DNA of 64,000 nucleotides. Source: an uncultured bacterium (lineage in GTDB: Bacteria; Patescibacteriota; Minisyncoccia; Phycocordibacterales; GWA1-40-21). The position numbers and the translations under genes are program-made. How positions within the stretch are numbered: position 1 is the first letter of the stretch; each line of letters begins with the position of its first letter. The notes under the pieces are model-generated. The model ran no database searches. It saw only the letters and a list, made by a program, of their open reading frames with translations, and was not told where the DNA came from. Positions 39,096 to 50,200 of the stretch are shown here, one piece after another. The DNA lies in assembly GCA_903831595.1 (NCBI GenBank), contig CAIKXY010000004.1:7152-71151 (forward strand). Direction: 5' to 3'.

Positions 39096-39152
39096 GATTA
39101 ATTATTTACTTAACAAACTATCCCTTTTCGCAGGGATTTCTGATACAATAAC

Positions 39153-39596
39153 GTGCATATGAGTATAAAAGATTTTACAGAAAAAATCAAGCTCTTTTTG
39201 GGTGATATTAAAAATAGAGTATATAGCAGAGAAAAAGGCCTTAAAATTAAAGACGACATATATATCATAATTACTATAATACTTGTCGGAACGGCCTCTT
39301 TTGGGCTTGGTAAGCTATCAAGTTTTGAGAAAAACAAAGTCCCAATTTCAATATTTAAGACTCAAGATGCGATGTACGCAACTGTTATGAAAGACACTTT
39401 AAATAATCCGCAACCAAACTCAATAGCTCAAACAAGCGGGGGAGTCGTTGCTTCCAAATCTGGAACAAAATATTACTATCCTTGGTGTTCTGGAGTATCA
39501 AAAATCAAAGAAGGAAACAAAGTTTGGTATAAAAGTATTGAAGAGGCTAGGTCGGCAGGGCTTACTCCAGCCTCAAATTGTGTTGGGTTGAAATAA
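39153..39596 (+). CDS. Membrane-anchored protein with C-terminal Ada metal-binding-like domain
   Basis: TM helix; VASKSGTKYYYPWC.....I...N......EEA..AG..PA.NC. Confidence 0.65.
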   Translation: MHMSIKDFTEKIKLFLGDIKNRVYSREKGLKIKDDIYIIITIILVGTASFGLGKLSSFEKNKVPISIFKTQDAMYATVMKDTLNNPQPNSIAQTSGGVVASKSGTKYYYPWCSGVSKIKEGNKVWYKSIEEARSAGLTPASNCVGLK

Positions 39597-39781
39597 TATG
39601 TAGCTTTAACAATTATTTGCTATAAACTATACCACAAATATCTGGTATAATCAACTAATATATGGCTTAGCTAAGCCATATTTTCTTGTTTGACTAATAC
39701 AAAAATAAGTGCCGTAACCATTGACTTTTAAAGATGGGCATGATAATATATGTAGGAATCAGAGACATCTCTGATTTTTAT

Positions 39782-40258
39782 ATGATAGAACTTTTAACTA
39801 CTTCAGTTTTTGTACTTTCTTCAATCTATGGAGGACCTACAACTACTGCAGATGCGGGCATTGTAGCAACAACTACAGCACCAGGAGCAACAACAAGATT
39901 AGAAGAAAAGGCAACTAGCACGATAACAACAAGCAAGGAATTAGAAAAAAAAGTTAAAGCTTATTTTAAAGATGATCCAATACTTGTAGATATAGCTAGA
40001 TGCGAATCGAGATTTAGACAATTAGATTCAAACGGAAACATTTTAAGGGGATTAATCAATAAAGGCGACTTAGGTATAATGCAGATAAATGAATATTATC
40101 ATGCAGATAAGGCAGCCAAACTAGGTTATAATCTTAAAACAGTTGATGGTAACCTAGCTTATGCAAAGTACTTGTATAACAAAGAAGGTGTTCAGCCATG
40201 GATTTCGTCATCAAAGTGTTGGAATCAAACAGGAGATGAAGTTGCTCTAAATAGATAA
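39782..40258 (+). CDS. Lysozyme-like / lytic transglycosylase SLT-domain protein
   Basis: IARCES, D.G.MQIN, GN..YA..LY...G.QPW..S..CW; start moved to MIELLTT. Confidence 0.75.
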   Translation: MIELLTTSVFVLSSIYGGPTTTADAGIVATTTAPGATTRLEEKATSTITTSKELEKKVKAYFKDDPILVDIARCESRFRQLDSNGNILRGLINKGDLGIMQINEYYHADKAAKLGYNLKTVDGNLAYAKYLYNKEGVQPWISSSKCWNQTGDEVALNR

Positions 40259-40495
40259 TTTAATAATAAAAATAAAAGACTTCCAGTAAAAATGCTGGGA
40301 GTTTTTTATTTGAATAGATTAATATTAATTATGATTTAGATAGTTATATTGATGGGGAGTGGCAGATTTGTATATTATGTATGTGTCGCACAATATATCT
40401 TTGCGACACTATATAGGTACACCCTCTAGAGTACAATATAACAAAACAAAAGACCGCTGATGTGGTCTTTTGTAATAAATATACTATGAGCTTCT

Positions 40496-40753
40496 CTATT
40501 GAACTCCAAGTGCAGATAAACCCCCCTGTAAAGTTTTCCAGAGTATTCCTAAGACAATTTTATCCCAGAAAAAAGTAAACGGCACTGAAAGATAGTGCGT
40601 CCAAATATTTGATATAAAGTTCCACGCTGTGTGTAAATTTGACTGAACTGTTTGCCCATTAATAATGTCACCAACATTAAAACCAAAATAACCTAAAATG
40701 ATTAGTGCTATAACGATAACTATAATAGTTTTTATTAATCCTTGTTTAGTCAT
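40496..40753 (-). CDS. Small membrane hypothetical protein
   Basis: 85 aa, pilin-like G-L-I N-terminal hydrophobic helix. Confidence 0.6.
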   Translation of the reverse strand: MTKQGLIKTIIVIVIALIILGYFGFNVGDIINGQTVQSNLHTAWNFISNIWTHYLSVPFTFFWDKIVLGILWKTLQGGLSALGVQ

Positions 40754-40806
40754 AATTTTTATTTAAATAATTATTAATCTAACTTACCTATTATTTTACA
40801 ACTTTA

Positions 40807-42102
40807 TTAAAGATACTGCAACGGATCAAGATACGCTCTTAAATCGGCGACTGGCATAGTATACGTTCCATTACAAACATTACTTTTTCTACTCATTATT
40901 TTAACTCCTTGAGTAGCATAAAGACCAAAATGTAAATGCGGGCCAGTACTAAAGCCTGTATTGCCAGAATAGCCTATGACATCGCCAGTAGTCACTATAT
41001 CCCCTGCTGAAACCTTGATAAGTGAAAGGTGCCCATATAAAGTTGAAAGCCCATTATTGTGTTCAATAAAAACCCACTGCCCAAAAGATGCTCCAGGGCA
41101 AACTGAATCTGTGTTACCAGTGCCTTTTATAACACCACTTAAAGCAGCCTTAACTGAGGTACCAATTGATGCAGAAAAATCAACACCATTATGTCCTTGT
41201 CCATTATATGCATTCGTAGTTTTAGAAAAATCTGTAATTCCAAATTTCTGAGTAATTTTTATTGAATCCAGTGGCCATGATAAAATTCCTTTTCCAATAT
41301 GAGGTATAGCATTCAAATCCATTGTAAACTTAAGCTGTGACTCAAACATCAACAATTCATTATCAAAAGCATCAGCGAGAGTCTTTTTATCTGAAAGTAA
41401 TTTTTTGTATGCAGTTTCTGAATTCTTAGTATCAGCAAGTAATTTATTTTTTTCTTTCTTGGTGATGGCAAGAACACTTTTTTTATCAAGCAATGTAGCT
41501 TTCAATTTTAGCAAATCAGCTTTTTTCTTTTCAGCAAGCTTTTTGTTATTTTCTAAAATAGTTTTTGTATCCCTTGTCTCATTAATCTTTTCTCTAATCT
41601 GATTTTGGACAAGAAAAATATTTTGCTGTTCATTCCAAAATTCAGAAAGATTTTTATATGTTAATAAGTTTTCAATAGTAGAAGAATTGTCATAATTATT
41701 AATTTGTTTAACAAGTATTGAGATTGCTTCAGTGTCTTTGTTAATTAAATCAATATTTTTTTCAATGTTTAGTGATAAAGAATCTATTTCAAGAGAAGTT
41801 GAATTAATATTGTTTTGAGTAAGCTTTATGTCTAGTGCGTTTTTATTTATTGTAGCATCGAGAGATTTAATAGTATTTTTTAATGATACAGCTTGTTGAC
41901 CGATATCTTTCAATTGCTGCTCGTATTGAGCAATTTCTTGTTCTATCTGAATTTTATTTGAAGTAATTTGCTGAATCTGTAATTTTATTTCATCAGATGA
42001 TATTGAATTAACTATTTTATAATTTATAAGTAAAAACGTCAGGAAAATAATTCCAAAAAATAATTTTATTGATAAATATTTTGACTTTTTATTAAAAAAC
42101 AT
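40807..42102 (-). CDS. M23 peptidase with coiled coil (EnvC/murein hydrolase-like)
   Basis: HNGVD, TLYGHL, GNTG.STGPHLH. Confidence 0.92.
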   Translation of the reverse strand: MFFNKKSKYLSIKLFFGIIFLTFLLINYKIVNSISSDEIKLQIQQITSNKIQIEQEIAQYEQQLKDIGQQAVSLKNTIKSLDATINKNALDIKLTQNNINSTSLEIDSLSLNIEKNIDLINKDTEAISILVKQINNYDNSSTIENLLTYKNLSEFWNEQQNIFLVQNQIREKINETRDTKTILENNKKLAEKKKADLLKLKATLLDKKSVLAITKKEKNKLLADTKNSETAYKKLLSDKKTLADAFDNELLMFESQLKFTMDLNAIPHIGKGILSWPLDSIKITQKFGITDFSKTTNAYNGQGHNGVDFSASIGTSVKAALSGVIKGTGNTDSVCPGASFGQWVFIEHNNGLSTLYGHLSLIKVSAGDIVTTGDVIGYSGNTGFSTGPHLHFGLYATQGVKIMSRKSNVCNGTYTMPVADLRAYLDPLQYL

Positions 42103-42113
42103 TTTGGTAAAAA

Positions 42114-43493
42114 CTATATGGATTCAACTGCCTTTTTTATCCTATTTATAGATTCATTTTTACCTAAAACAAATAAAAGAGTAAATGGATCGGGTGATTT
42201 TTCCTTGCCTGACAAAGCAACTCTTAAAGGCCAGAGCACGTTCCCCTTCCCTTTCTCGTCCGCAAATTTCATGAGTTTTTCTTTTAATTTTTCTAAATCA
42301 AAATCTTTATCAGAAATTTTATTTAAAATATCAGAAATTAAAGATAAATTTTCTTTTGCCTGTTCTATTGTTCCCCCTTTTTTCCAAACAATCATTTCTT
42401 TTGAAATAACCGGCATTTCAAAATAATATTGTATATCTCCATCCACCACCATTTTATCTATATCTGAAAAAATATTTATTCTTTCAACTACTAAATCAGA
42501 AATCTTATTAATAATTTTTTCATCCTGAAATTCCTTTGGAAATCTATTTTTAATTTCAGTAATAATCCTCTCTTTTGGAAATTTCTTTATATATTCTTTG
42601 TTAAACCAAAGCAACTTTTCCATGTTAAAAATTGCGCCTGCTTTTTGCACTTTTGAAATATTAAATAACTTAATTAATTCATCAATGCTAAAAATTTCTT
42701 GCTCTGTTCCTGAATTCCACCCAACCAAAGATAAAAAATTTGAAAAAGCTTCTGGAATATATCCCATTCTTTCATAATATTTTACAGATGTCATTTCACC
42801 ATGTTTTCTTTTTGAAAGTTTAGCCCTATCTTCAGCAAGTATTAATGGTAGATGTGCATAAATAGGTATTGGAGCCCCAATAGCTTCTTGGATAAGAATG
42901 TGCCTGGGTGTATTTGATATATGGTCTTCGCCACGAATTATATGAGTCACACCCATTTCAAAATCATCAATAACAACTACTAAATGGAAAATTGGTTCAT
43001 CAAAACTTTTTGCTATCACAAAATCTCCAAGATCTGTTGTGTCAAATTCTATTTCCCCTCTTATAAGATCTTTAAATTTGACTTTTTTATTTGGATTTTT
43101 AAATCTTATTACTTCATTTCGCAAATTTATTACTTGATCCATACCGCCTTTTCTTTCTTTATTTAGATCAATAATTTCTTTTGAAATATATGCCTTTCCT
43201 TCTGCAATAAGTTTTTCTATATATTTTTTATATATACTTCCTCTTTCAGACTGGTGATAAAGTTCATCATACGAAAACCCTAACCATTTCATTCCACTTA
43301 AAATATCATCTTCGTATTCCTTTTTTGATCTTTCTTTATCAGTATCCTCTATTCTTAATATTAATTTACCTTTATGTTGCTTAGCAAAAATATAATTATA
43401 AAGCGCAACCCTTGCACTTCCAACGTGAAAAAGACCAGTAGGACTTGGTGCAAATCTAACAACAATATTTTCTCCTATTAAATTATTTTTCAT
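42114..43493 (-). CDS. gltX: Glutamate--tRNA ligase
   Basis: RFAPSPTG..HVG, RIEDTD, IRGEDH, KLSKR; start at MKNNLIG. Confidence 0.97.
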   Translation of the reverse strand: MKNNLIGENIVVRFAPSPTGLFHVGSARVALYNYIFAKQHKGKLILRIEDTDKERSKKEYEDDILSGMKWLGFSYDELYHQSERGSIYKKYIEKLIAEGKAYISKEIIDLNKERKGGMDQVINLRNEVIRFKNPNKKVKFKDLIRGEIEFDTTDLGDFVIAKSFDEPIFHLVVVIDDFEMGVTHIIRGEDHISNTPRHILIQEAIGAPIPIYAHLPLILAEDRAKLSKRKHGEMTSVKYYERMGYIPEAFSNFLSLVGWNSGTEQEIFSIDELIKLFNISKVQKAGAIFNMEKLLWFNKEYIKKFPKERIITEIKNRFPKEFQDEKIINKISDLVVERINIFSDIDKMVVDGDIQYYFEMPVISKEMIVWKKGGTIEQAKENLSLISDILNKISDKDFDLEKLKEKLMKFADEKGKGNVLWPLRVALSGKEKSPDPFTLLFVLGKNESINRIKKAVESI

Positions 43494-44613
43494 GTTGTAA
43501 ACCAATTTTAATAATTTCTCGTGCAATCAAATCTGAAGCATCAGTTTTAATAAAATTTTTAGCTGCTTCGCTCATTTTTTGTGATATTTTTTTGTCATCA
43601 ATTATTCTTATAATTTCTGATAACAAGATATTAGGAGAAAGATTAGACTCCTCAATGACAACTGCGCCACCGGATCGGGCGTAATTGTAAGCATTTTGAC
43701 GCTGGTGATCACCATTTGTTTCTGTAATTGGAATGATAATACTTGGAACACCCCAAGTAGCTATTTCAAAAATCGCGGAGCCAGCACGTGAAATGATAAG
43801 GTTTGATGCACCCGCTGTCATACTCATATTTAAATTATCTAAATAATCAAAAGTCCTGTATCTATTTTTATATTGGTTGTTTGTCAAAATCACATCTGCG
43901 GTAGCATTTACTTCCAGAATATTATCCTTACCAGTCTGGTGCAACACATAATATTTTTCTACAAGACTATTTAAAATACTTAGTATCTTTTCATTAATAA
44001 TTTTTGCTCCAAGAGACCCGCCTAAAATTAGCACTGCTGGAATATTTTCATCCAGCTTTAAATATTGTCTAGCGTCATCTTTTGTAGGAATCATCTTTAT
44101 ATTATTTCTAACAGGGTTTCCAGTAACTGCTACCTTCATTTTGTCAAAAAACTGGCTTGCTTCAGAATAAGAAACGGCAATCCTCTTTGCAAATTTCCCA
44201 GCCCAAAGATTGGTTCTACCTGGTACACTATCAGACTCATGAATTATCACAGGTATTCTCAATAATTTAGCGGCTACTAATACTGGGAAACTTGAATAAG
44301 CACCTTTACTAAAAATTACGTCAGGGTAAATGTTAAAAACCTTGAAGGTCGCACCAATTATCCCAAAAAATGTTTTAAATAAATCAAAAAAATTTTGTAA
44401 AGAAAAATATGTCCTCATTTTACCTGCAGAAATATTTATATATTCAATATTATTTTCAAGCAACATGTCTACATCATGGGGCGAATCTGACATATAATAA
44501 AGCTTAATAGGAAGAAGCTTTTCTTCTTTTACTATTTGATTAATTTTTTCTGCAACTGCAATAAGTGGATAAAAATGCCCACCTGTTCCACCACCTGTCA
44601 ATAATATTTTCAT
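43483..44613 (-). CDS. murG: UDP-GlcNAc:lipid I transferase
   Basis: GGGTGGH..P, HESD..PG..N, GGSLGA, HQ..NA. Confidence 0.96.
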   Translation of the reverse strand: MKILLTGGGTGGHFYPLIAVAEKINQIVKEEKLLPIKLYYMSDSPHDVDMLLENNIEYINISAGKMRTYFSLQNFFDLFKTFFGIIGATFKVFNIYPDVIFSKGAYSSFPVLVAAKLLRIPVIIHESDSVPGRTNLWAGKFAKRIAVSYSEASQFFDKMKVAVTGNPVRNNIKMIPTKDDARQYLKLDENIPAVLILGGSLGAKIINEKILSILNSLVEKYYVLHQTGKDNILEVNATADVILTNNQYKNRYRTFDYLDNLNMSMTAGASNLIISRAGSAIFEIATWGVPSIIIPITETNGDHQRQNAYNYARSGGAVVIEESNLSPNILLSEIIRIIDDKKISQKMSEAAKNFIKTDASDLIAREIIKIGLQHEK

Positions 44614-44622
44614 AATAAAATT

Positions 44623-45738
44623 TTAAGCTTTAAATACTTTACTAAACTTAGACACGTTCAATACTATTCCCATTTCAAGTAAAACCAAAAGCATTGCTGT
44701 ACCACCTTGACTAAAAAATGCTAGAGGTAAACCCGAAAAAGGTATAATACCAAGAACTGAAGCCATATTTGTAAAAGACTGCAGTACTGTAAGTATAACA
44801 ATTCCAACCACCAAAAGTCCACCAAAAATATCGGGTGATCTGATTGCAATTCTAAAACCCCGAAAGCAAAAAAATAAGAATATAATAATAATGGCGACAC
44901 ATGCAACGAAGCCACCCTCTTCAGCAAGAACTGCAAAAATAGTGTCACTTATAGATTCTGGTAAGAATTTATACTTTTGTACACTTTGGCCAAGTCCTTT
45001 TCCAAAAAACTGGCCAGAACCGACAGCAATTAATGATTGTTGAACTTGATAACCAGATGTTTGAGAATTTGCCCCAGGATTTATAAAAGTTTCAATTCTT
45101 GACATAACATATGGTCGTGTAAATGCAAGAAAAGCAATAACTGCGACTCCAAGTGCACCGAGTATCAAAACATGTTTTACTTTCCCCCCTGCCACAAGAA
45201 ACATAGTGGTACAAGTAGCAGCAATAATTAAGAATGAATCAGTATCGGGCTGGCTTAATAAAATTAAACCGGAAATTGCGATAAAAACCAATAATGGAAT
45301 AAAACCAAACTTTAATGTAGAAACTTTTTCTTTTACTGAAGAGAGCCACGCTGACCAATAAATAATAAAACCAAGATTTAAAATCGTAACTGGCTGAAAA
45401 GAAAAACCAAAAACAGAAATCCATCGTTTTGCAAATGAGTTAAGATTTGTACCAATATGTGGCACAAAGACAAGTGCTGTTAAAATAATAGACCCAATAA
45501 AAATTACTAGTGCGTATTTTTTGTAAATTCTATAATCAATTTTTGAAAAAACAAAACACGCAAGTAAACCGAAAACTATCCCAAAAAATAACTGTTTTAA
45601 TGCAACAGATGTAAATTGCACACTATCTTTCGCTAAAATTCCCATTGAGGCTGATATAAAAATTACAAAACCAAAAATCAAAAGGGCTATCACGATACCC
45701 AAAAATACTTTATCAATATTTTTTTTAGTTCCTGTCAT
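44623..45738 (-). CDS. ftsW: SEDS peptidoglycan polymerase FtsW/RodA
   Basis: RWI, FQP, QPD, GYQ..QS..A.GSG, FLPE..SD.IF, EE.G; lies between mraY and murG. Confidence 0.9.
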   Translation of the reverse strand: MTGTKKNIDKVFLGIVIALLIFGFVIFISASMGILAKDSVQFTSVALKQLFFGIVFGLLACFVFSKIDYRIYKKYALVIFIGSIILTALVFVPHIGTNLNSFAKRWISVFGFSFQPVTILNLGFIIYWSAWLSSVKEKVSTLKFGFIPLLVFIAISGLILLSQPDTDSFLIIAATCTTMFLVAGGKVKHVLILGALGVAVIAFLAFTRPYVMSRIETFINPGANSQTSGYQVQQSLIAVGSGQFFGKGLGQSVQKYKFLPESISDTIFAVLAEEGGFVACVAIIIIFLFFCFRGFRIAIRSPDIFGGLLVVGIVILTVLQSFTNMASVLGIIPFSGLPLAFFSQGGTAMLLVLLEMGIVLNVSKFSKVFKA

Positions 45739-45739
45739 C

Positions 45740-46813
45740 TTAAATTTTAATCAAAGCCAAAATTACTCCAAAAATTGCGCAAACAATACTCACAATCCAA
45801 TACCTCATTGTAACTTTATATGCTGGCCAACCAACTGCTTCAAAATGATGGTGAACGGGTGCTACAAGAAAAACTTTTTTACCATGCCTAAATTTCTTGG
45901 AAATAACCTGAACAATTACAGACAACGACGTAATAACTAATGGTAAGGCTATTACAGGCAATACCGCAATTCCCTTTCCTTCACCCATAGAATCGGTCAT
46001 AAAAGCAACAATAGAAAGTGTTATTGCAAGTGCCATACTTCCAGTTTCAGACATGTAAAATCTAGCTGGTGAAATATTAAACCACAAGAAGGCCAAAATT
46101 GACCCGACAACGACCGCACAGAAAGCCGCAAGGTTAATTTGATTTTGAAAGAAAGCGATTCCTGCATATGCAGCAAAAATTGCAGCAAAAACACCGCCAG
46201 CAAGTCCATCTATTCCATCAATAACTCCCCCAGAATAAATAAATAAAGTCACTAAAACAAAAATAGGAATAAATAATATCCCAAAATTAATTCCTCCCAA
46301 AAATGGAATACTAATTGTGTTAACGTCCAATTTAAAATAAAACCAGAGTGCAATTAAAAAAGAAATTATGCTTACAAAAAACAATCTTTTTTTAAGTGAA
46401 AGACCACCAGCATAATTTCCACCTGCCCCCTTTATTTCTAAAATATCATCTATCAAACCGACTAATGCGCCTAAAATAAGAACACATAGAGGAATCCATG
46501 TTTGATCTCTGCTTAAAAAATCTAGTTTTATAAATGTTCCATCAAAAATTTTTGCAAGTAGCCAAAATGCTGCTGTGGTTATAAAAGCTGAAGCCCAAAT
46601 GACAATACCTCCCATTCTCGGTGTACTGACTTCCCTATCGGCATGCAAACTATTAAAAATAGGTGTTCCTCCTCCATCAATAGAGACAGTTTTAACCTTC
46701 TTCTTCCACATTTTATATTTATAAAGATATTTTGTAAGTAATGGAGTACCAAGCATCCCAATAATGAAAGCTATAACTGAAGGTAATATCACTTTGATTA
46801 AATTTATTGTCAT
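45740..46813 (-). CDS. mraY: Phospho-MurNAc-pentapeptide transferase
   Basis: TP.MGG, G..DD, DGIDGL, APVHHHFE. Confidence 0.95.
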   Translation of the reverse strand: MTINLIKVILPSVIAFIIGMLGTPLLTKYLYKYKMWKKKVKTVSIDGGGTPIFNSLHADREVSTPRMGGIVIWASAFITTAAFWLLAKIFDGTFIKLDFLSRDQTWIPLCVLILGALVGLIDDILEIKGAGGNYAGGLSLKKRLFFVSIISFLIALWFYFKLDVNTISIPFLGGINFGILFIPIFVLVTLFIYSGGVIDGIDGLAGGVFAAIFAAYAGIAFFQNQINLAAFCAVVVGSILAFLWFNISPARFYMSETGSMALAITLSIVAFMTDSMGEGKGIAVLPVIALPLVITSLSVIVQVISKKFRHGKKVFLVAPVHHHFEAVGWPAYKVTMRYWIVSIVCAIFGVILALIKI

Positions 46814-46902
46814 TGTTTTATATTATTTATATTTTTATTATAACTCCAAATCTGAGTGCTGCTTTTCATAACACATCACTTTGAATCGAAACTTCCAATT
46901 GA

Positions 46903-47262
46903 TTATGGGGTTATCTTTTTCAATAGCAATTGGAACAAAGCGTAAAAATCTTTTTGGACTTCGGCTGAATCTTTTGCTTTTGTAAAAATCTGCCAAGATT
47001 CTAGAATTTGTTTATCATTTAAACTTCTCACAGCATTCTCTAGCTGTAATCTATCATCAAATGAAACTTCCTTTGAACCACCCAAAACTTTATCCATAAA
47101 AAGCTGAGTAAAATTTAATATGTCAGCATTTACCTTTTGATTAGAAGCCTTTGTTTTCAAATCTCTTACTGACATTTTGGCAGAAATAAACATCCAAGCA
47201 AAAAACACATTGCTTATCAATAAAACTATTACTATTATCCATAAAACTTTTGTTTTTTGCAT
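46903..47262 (-). CDS. Membrane-anchored hypothetical protein
   Basis: 119 aa, N-terminal TM, downstream of the giant adhesin. Confidence 0.65.
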   Translation of the reverse strand: MQKTKVLWIIVIVLLISNVFFAWMFISAKMSVRDLKTKASNQKVNADILNFTQLFMDKVLGGSKEVSFDDRLQLENAVRSLNDKQILESWQIFTKAKDSAEVQKDFYALFQLLLKKITP

Positions 47263-47271
47263 TTTGATGTG

Positions 47272-50200
47272 CTAATTATATAATAAATTTTTTCTTTTAT
47301 CACCCTTACCACGACGAATAGTAAAAATGGTGCCAATATAAACCAACGCTACAAAAATACCTAATAATAAAATGTTTTGTAAGTTAAGTATTTTTGCTAC
47401 AGAAAATATCGCCTTTAATTCAAGATTCATAAATACCCCTTTGCTCTCATCCACCTGGAATGGATCTCCTTTGTAATCTACGTACCCGTCAAGATGTGCT
47501 GTCATATAATATATACCAGCAGGGACAAGGAATGAGTATCTGCCTGTTACATCCGTCGTCTGTGGATTGGTTTGTCTATAATCTTTTGCTGGCCATAATT
47601 CATAATTTTTTGTCTTTGGATTTTGCCAATAAATAGATACTTCAACGTTATTCAAACGAGTTTCTTTTCCATCTGATTGTTTTTCATAAACATACCCCTC
47701 TGGGTCCACCAAAACGACCATGCTTATTTTTTCTGGAGCTTTTGACGCTGCTTTGAAATTGACGACTGTCCTCAATTCATATTGACCAATTGCAAGTGGT
47801 GATGCAACATCTGCTGTCCAAATACCATCGACATTTTCTTTATAATTAAATTTGGTCAAAACAAGATCTGTTTCACTTGTAATTCCTGAGTCATTTGTTT
47901 GAGTACCCTGACTTTCACCAATTATTGTACTTGCGACTGTTGCGACTTGTGAAAGAGTAGATTTCTTTGAAACAGCATTTGATTTGAATATAATATAACC
48001 TTGAATATTTTTTGCTGGTGCTGTTGGTTTTACAATAAGCTTCATTGTCTGGCCTTGGATTGTATTTAGGGTTTGTAATGCCAAACCATCATTTCCGATT
48101 GAAAGTTTTACATTCAAGTCTATCTTTTCATCTTGCGTTCTTGCAAAAACTATACCTGTAGGTATTTTAGCTTTTTGTGTATCAGATAAGCTAGCTATTG
48201 GTAAAGTATTTGAAGATAGTGTAGCTGCTTCCGTAATACCTGGTAATGATATAGGATTTGCATTCAACTTTAATATGGAATTCATATTATTTACTCCAAT
48301 TTTACTCAAAGCCGAACTTACTTCAGGAAACTTAGAAACAATATCCGTGTAATCACTTGGGAGTTTGGTATTAATTAAATCTGTCAAAGAAGAAGGAGTT
48401 ATAATTTTCCACGAATTTAATATTGCAAATGGCGCGACGGAAGGGAGTGTTGTCTTAACTTCAGTAAGTGCAAGTGGTTCTATTTTCTTTGGTGGAAGAA
48501 TTACCGTAAGAATATCAGCAGTTGTACTTGCTATGTTTCCGACAATACTTTGCGTTGTATTTGATATACTATTTATTATAGAAACAGTAGAAAGAGTAAT
48601 TGATTGGGACACTGCTGGTGAAGAAATTCCTTGTGCATCTAGAAATTTAGCATAAACATAATATTTTCCGTCTGGACATGTTGTACTATTTTGACATAAA
48701 TCATAAGTGGTTGTTGTTATATTATTTGCGGAATATGGAATGGTAACAGTATTTGTGAAATCTGGATTATTGGAAAAGATTATTGCAGTTGCACTACCAA
48801 GCTGATCTGTAGAAAATTGCAAAGTTACTTTTCTGTCATCTGTTGTCCATGCTCCACCGTTTATAGATACGGAATATCTTGGAGAGGATGAACCACCTCC
48901 AGATATAGAACTGAGTGATGAGCTTGCAGTTGTATAATTTTTTCTTCCTGATGGTACTGCATATGTCATATGTGTAGCAGAGGATGACGTGTCTTTATTA
49001 CCAAGATAATCCTGACATGCTATATAGACATTCTTAGGTCCTGGAGTCCCAAGAGTAGGTAGTATACAAGACATTTGTATTCCATTATTTACAGAACAAG
49101 ATACTCCAGAGGACATTTGATCATACGATTGCGCTGTATCGGAAACTACAAGACGACAATCTCCTACTTTACTCAAAGTAAATGTGACTAGATTTCCAGT
49201 ATAAATATTTGAATTATCAACAGGACTAATGTTTGAAATTGTAGCTAGTGTTTTGTCTATATTAATTATTCTAGAAACTATTGTTTGAATATTTCCAGCA
49301 TTATCAATAGAAGAATATCTGAAATAATTTGTACCTCCATTTGAAACAACTACTGATGCAACATAGCTAATGCTTGGTGTACAGGTATTAGCGTTATCAA
49401 TACAATAACTGGTAGTTGCAATTCCGGATGTTGTATCAGCTGGATTTAAGGTAATTGTAATATTACTATTTGTCCATGCGCTGTATGTATAAGGTTGGGT
49501 TTGACTTGTCACAGCTGTATCTGTTGTCATTGGTGCAACAGTATCTATCTTTACAATCCTACTGACCGTGGTTTGTATATTGTTAGCATTATCTTCTGAT
49601 GCATAACGGAAATATGAAATACCTTCAAATGGTATAACTACTGGAGCAGAATAATCTGTACCATCAGCTGGAGAGCATGTGTTATTTGTATCAACACAAT
49701 ATCTAGTCCATAAAATTCCAGAACTTGGTGCAGGATCATTTGGTGTCAAAGTAATTGTCTGATTGCCATTTACCCAAATATTATTGTTTGTAAAATTATC
49801 AGATGTATTTGGTGCTGTTTTGTCTACATGTCTATGTCCTGTTATTATTTGTCCTGAATTACCAGCGATATCAACTGGGAAATATTTCAAAACATAATCT
49901 CCTTCTGATGTAATAGTAAACTGCCAGCTTGATGATGCCTCTACATATTGTGATGCAAGACTTGGATTTGTATTATCAGTTGTATAGTAAATTCTGTAAC
50001 AACCAGAACCAACTACTCCATCATCACAGGTGAAAGTAACTGTGCTTGCATTTGCAAAAGTAGATGTTGCAACAGTTACTGTTGGTAATTGATTATCAAA
50101 CTTCAAGTCATTTGAATCTGTATATATACTGGTAGTGTTTCCTGCAAAATCATTTGCTTTATATCTCAGTACAGAATCACCTTCTGTAGAGTACGTAAAT

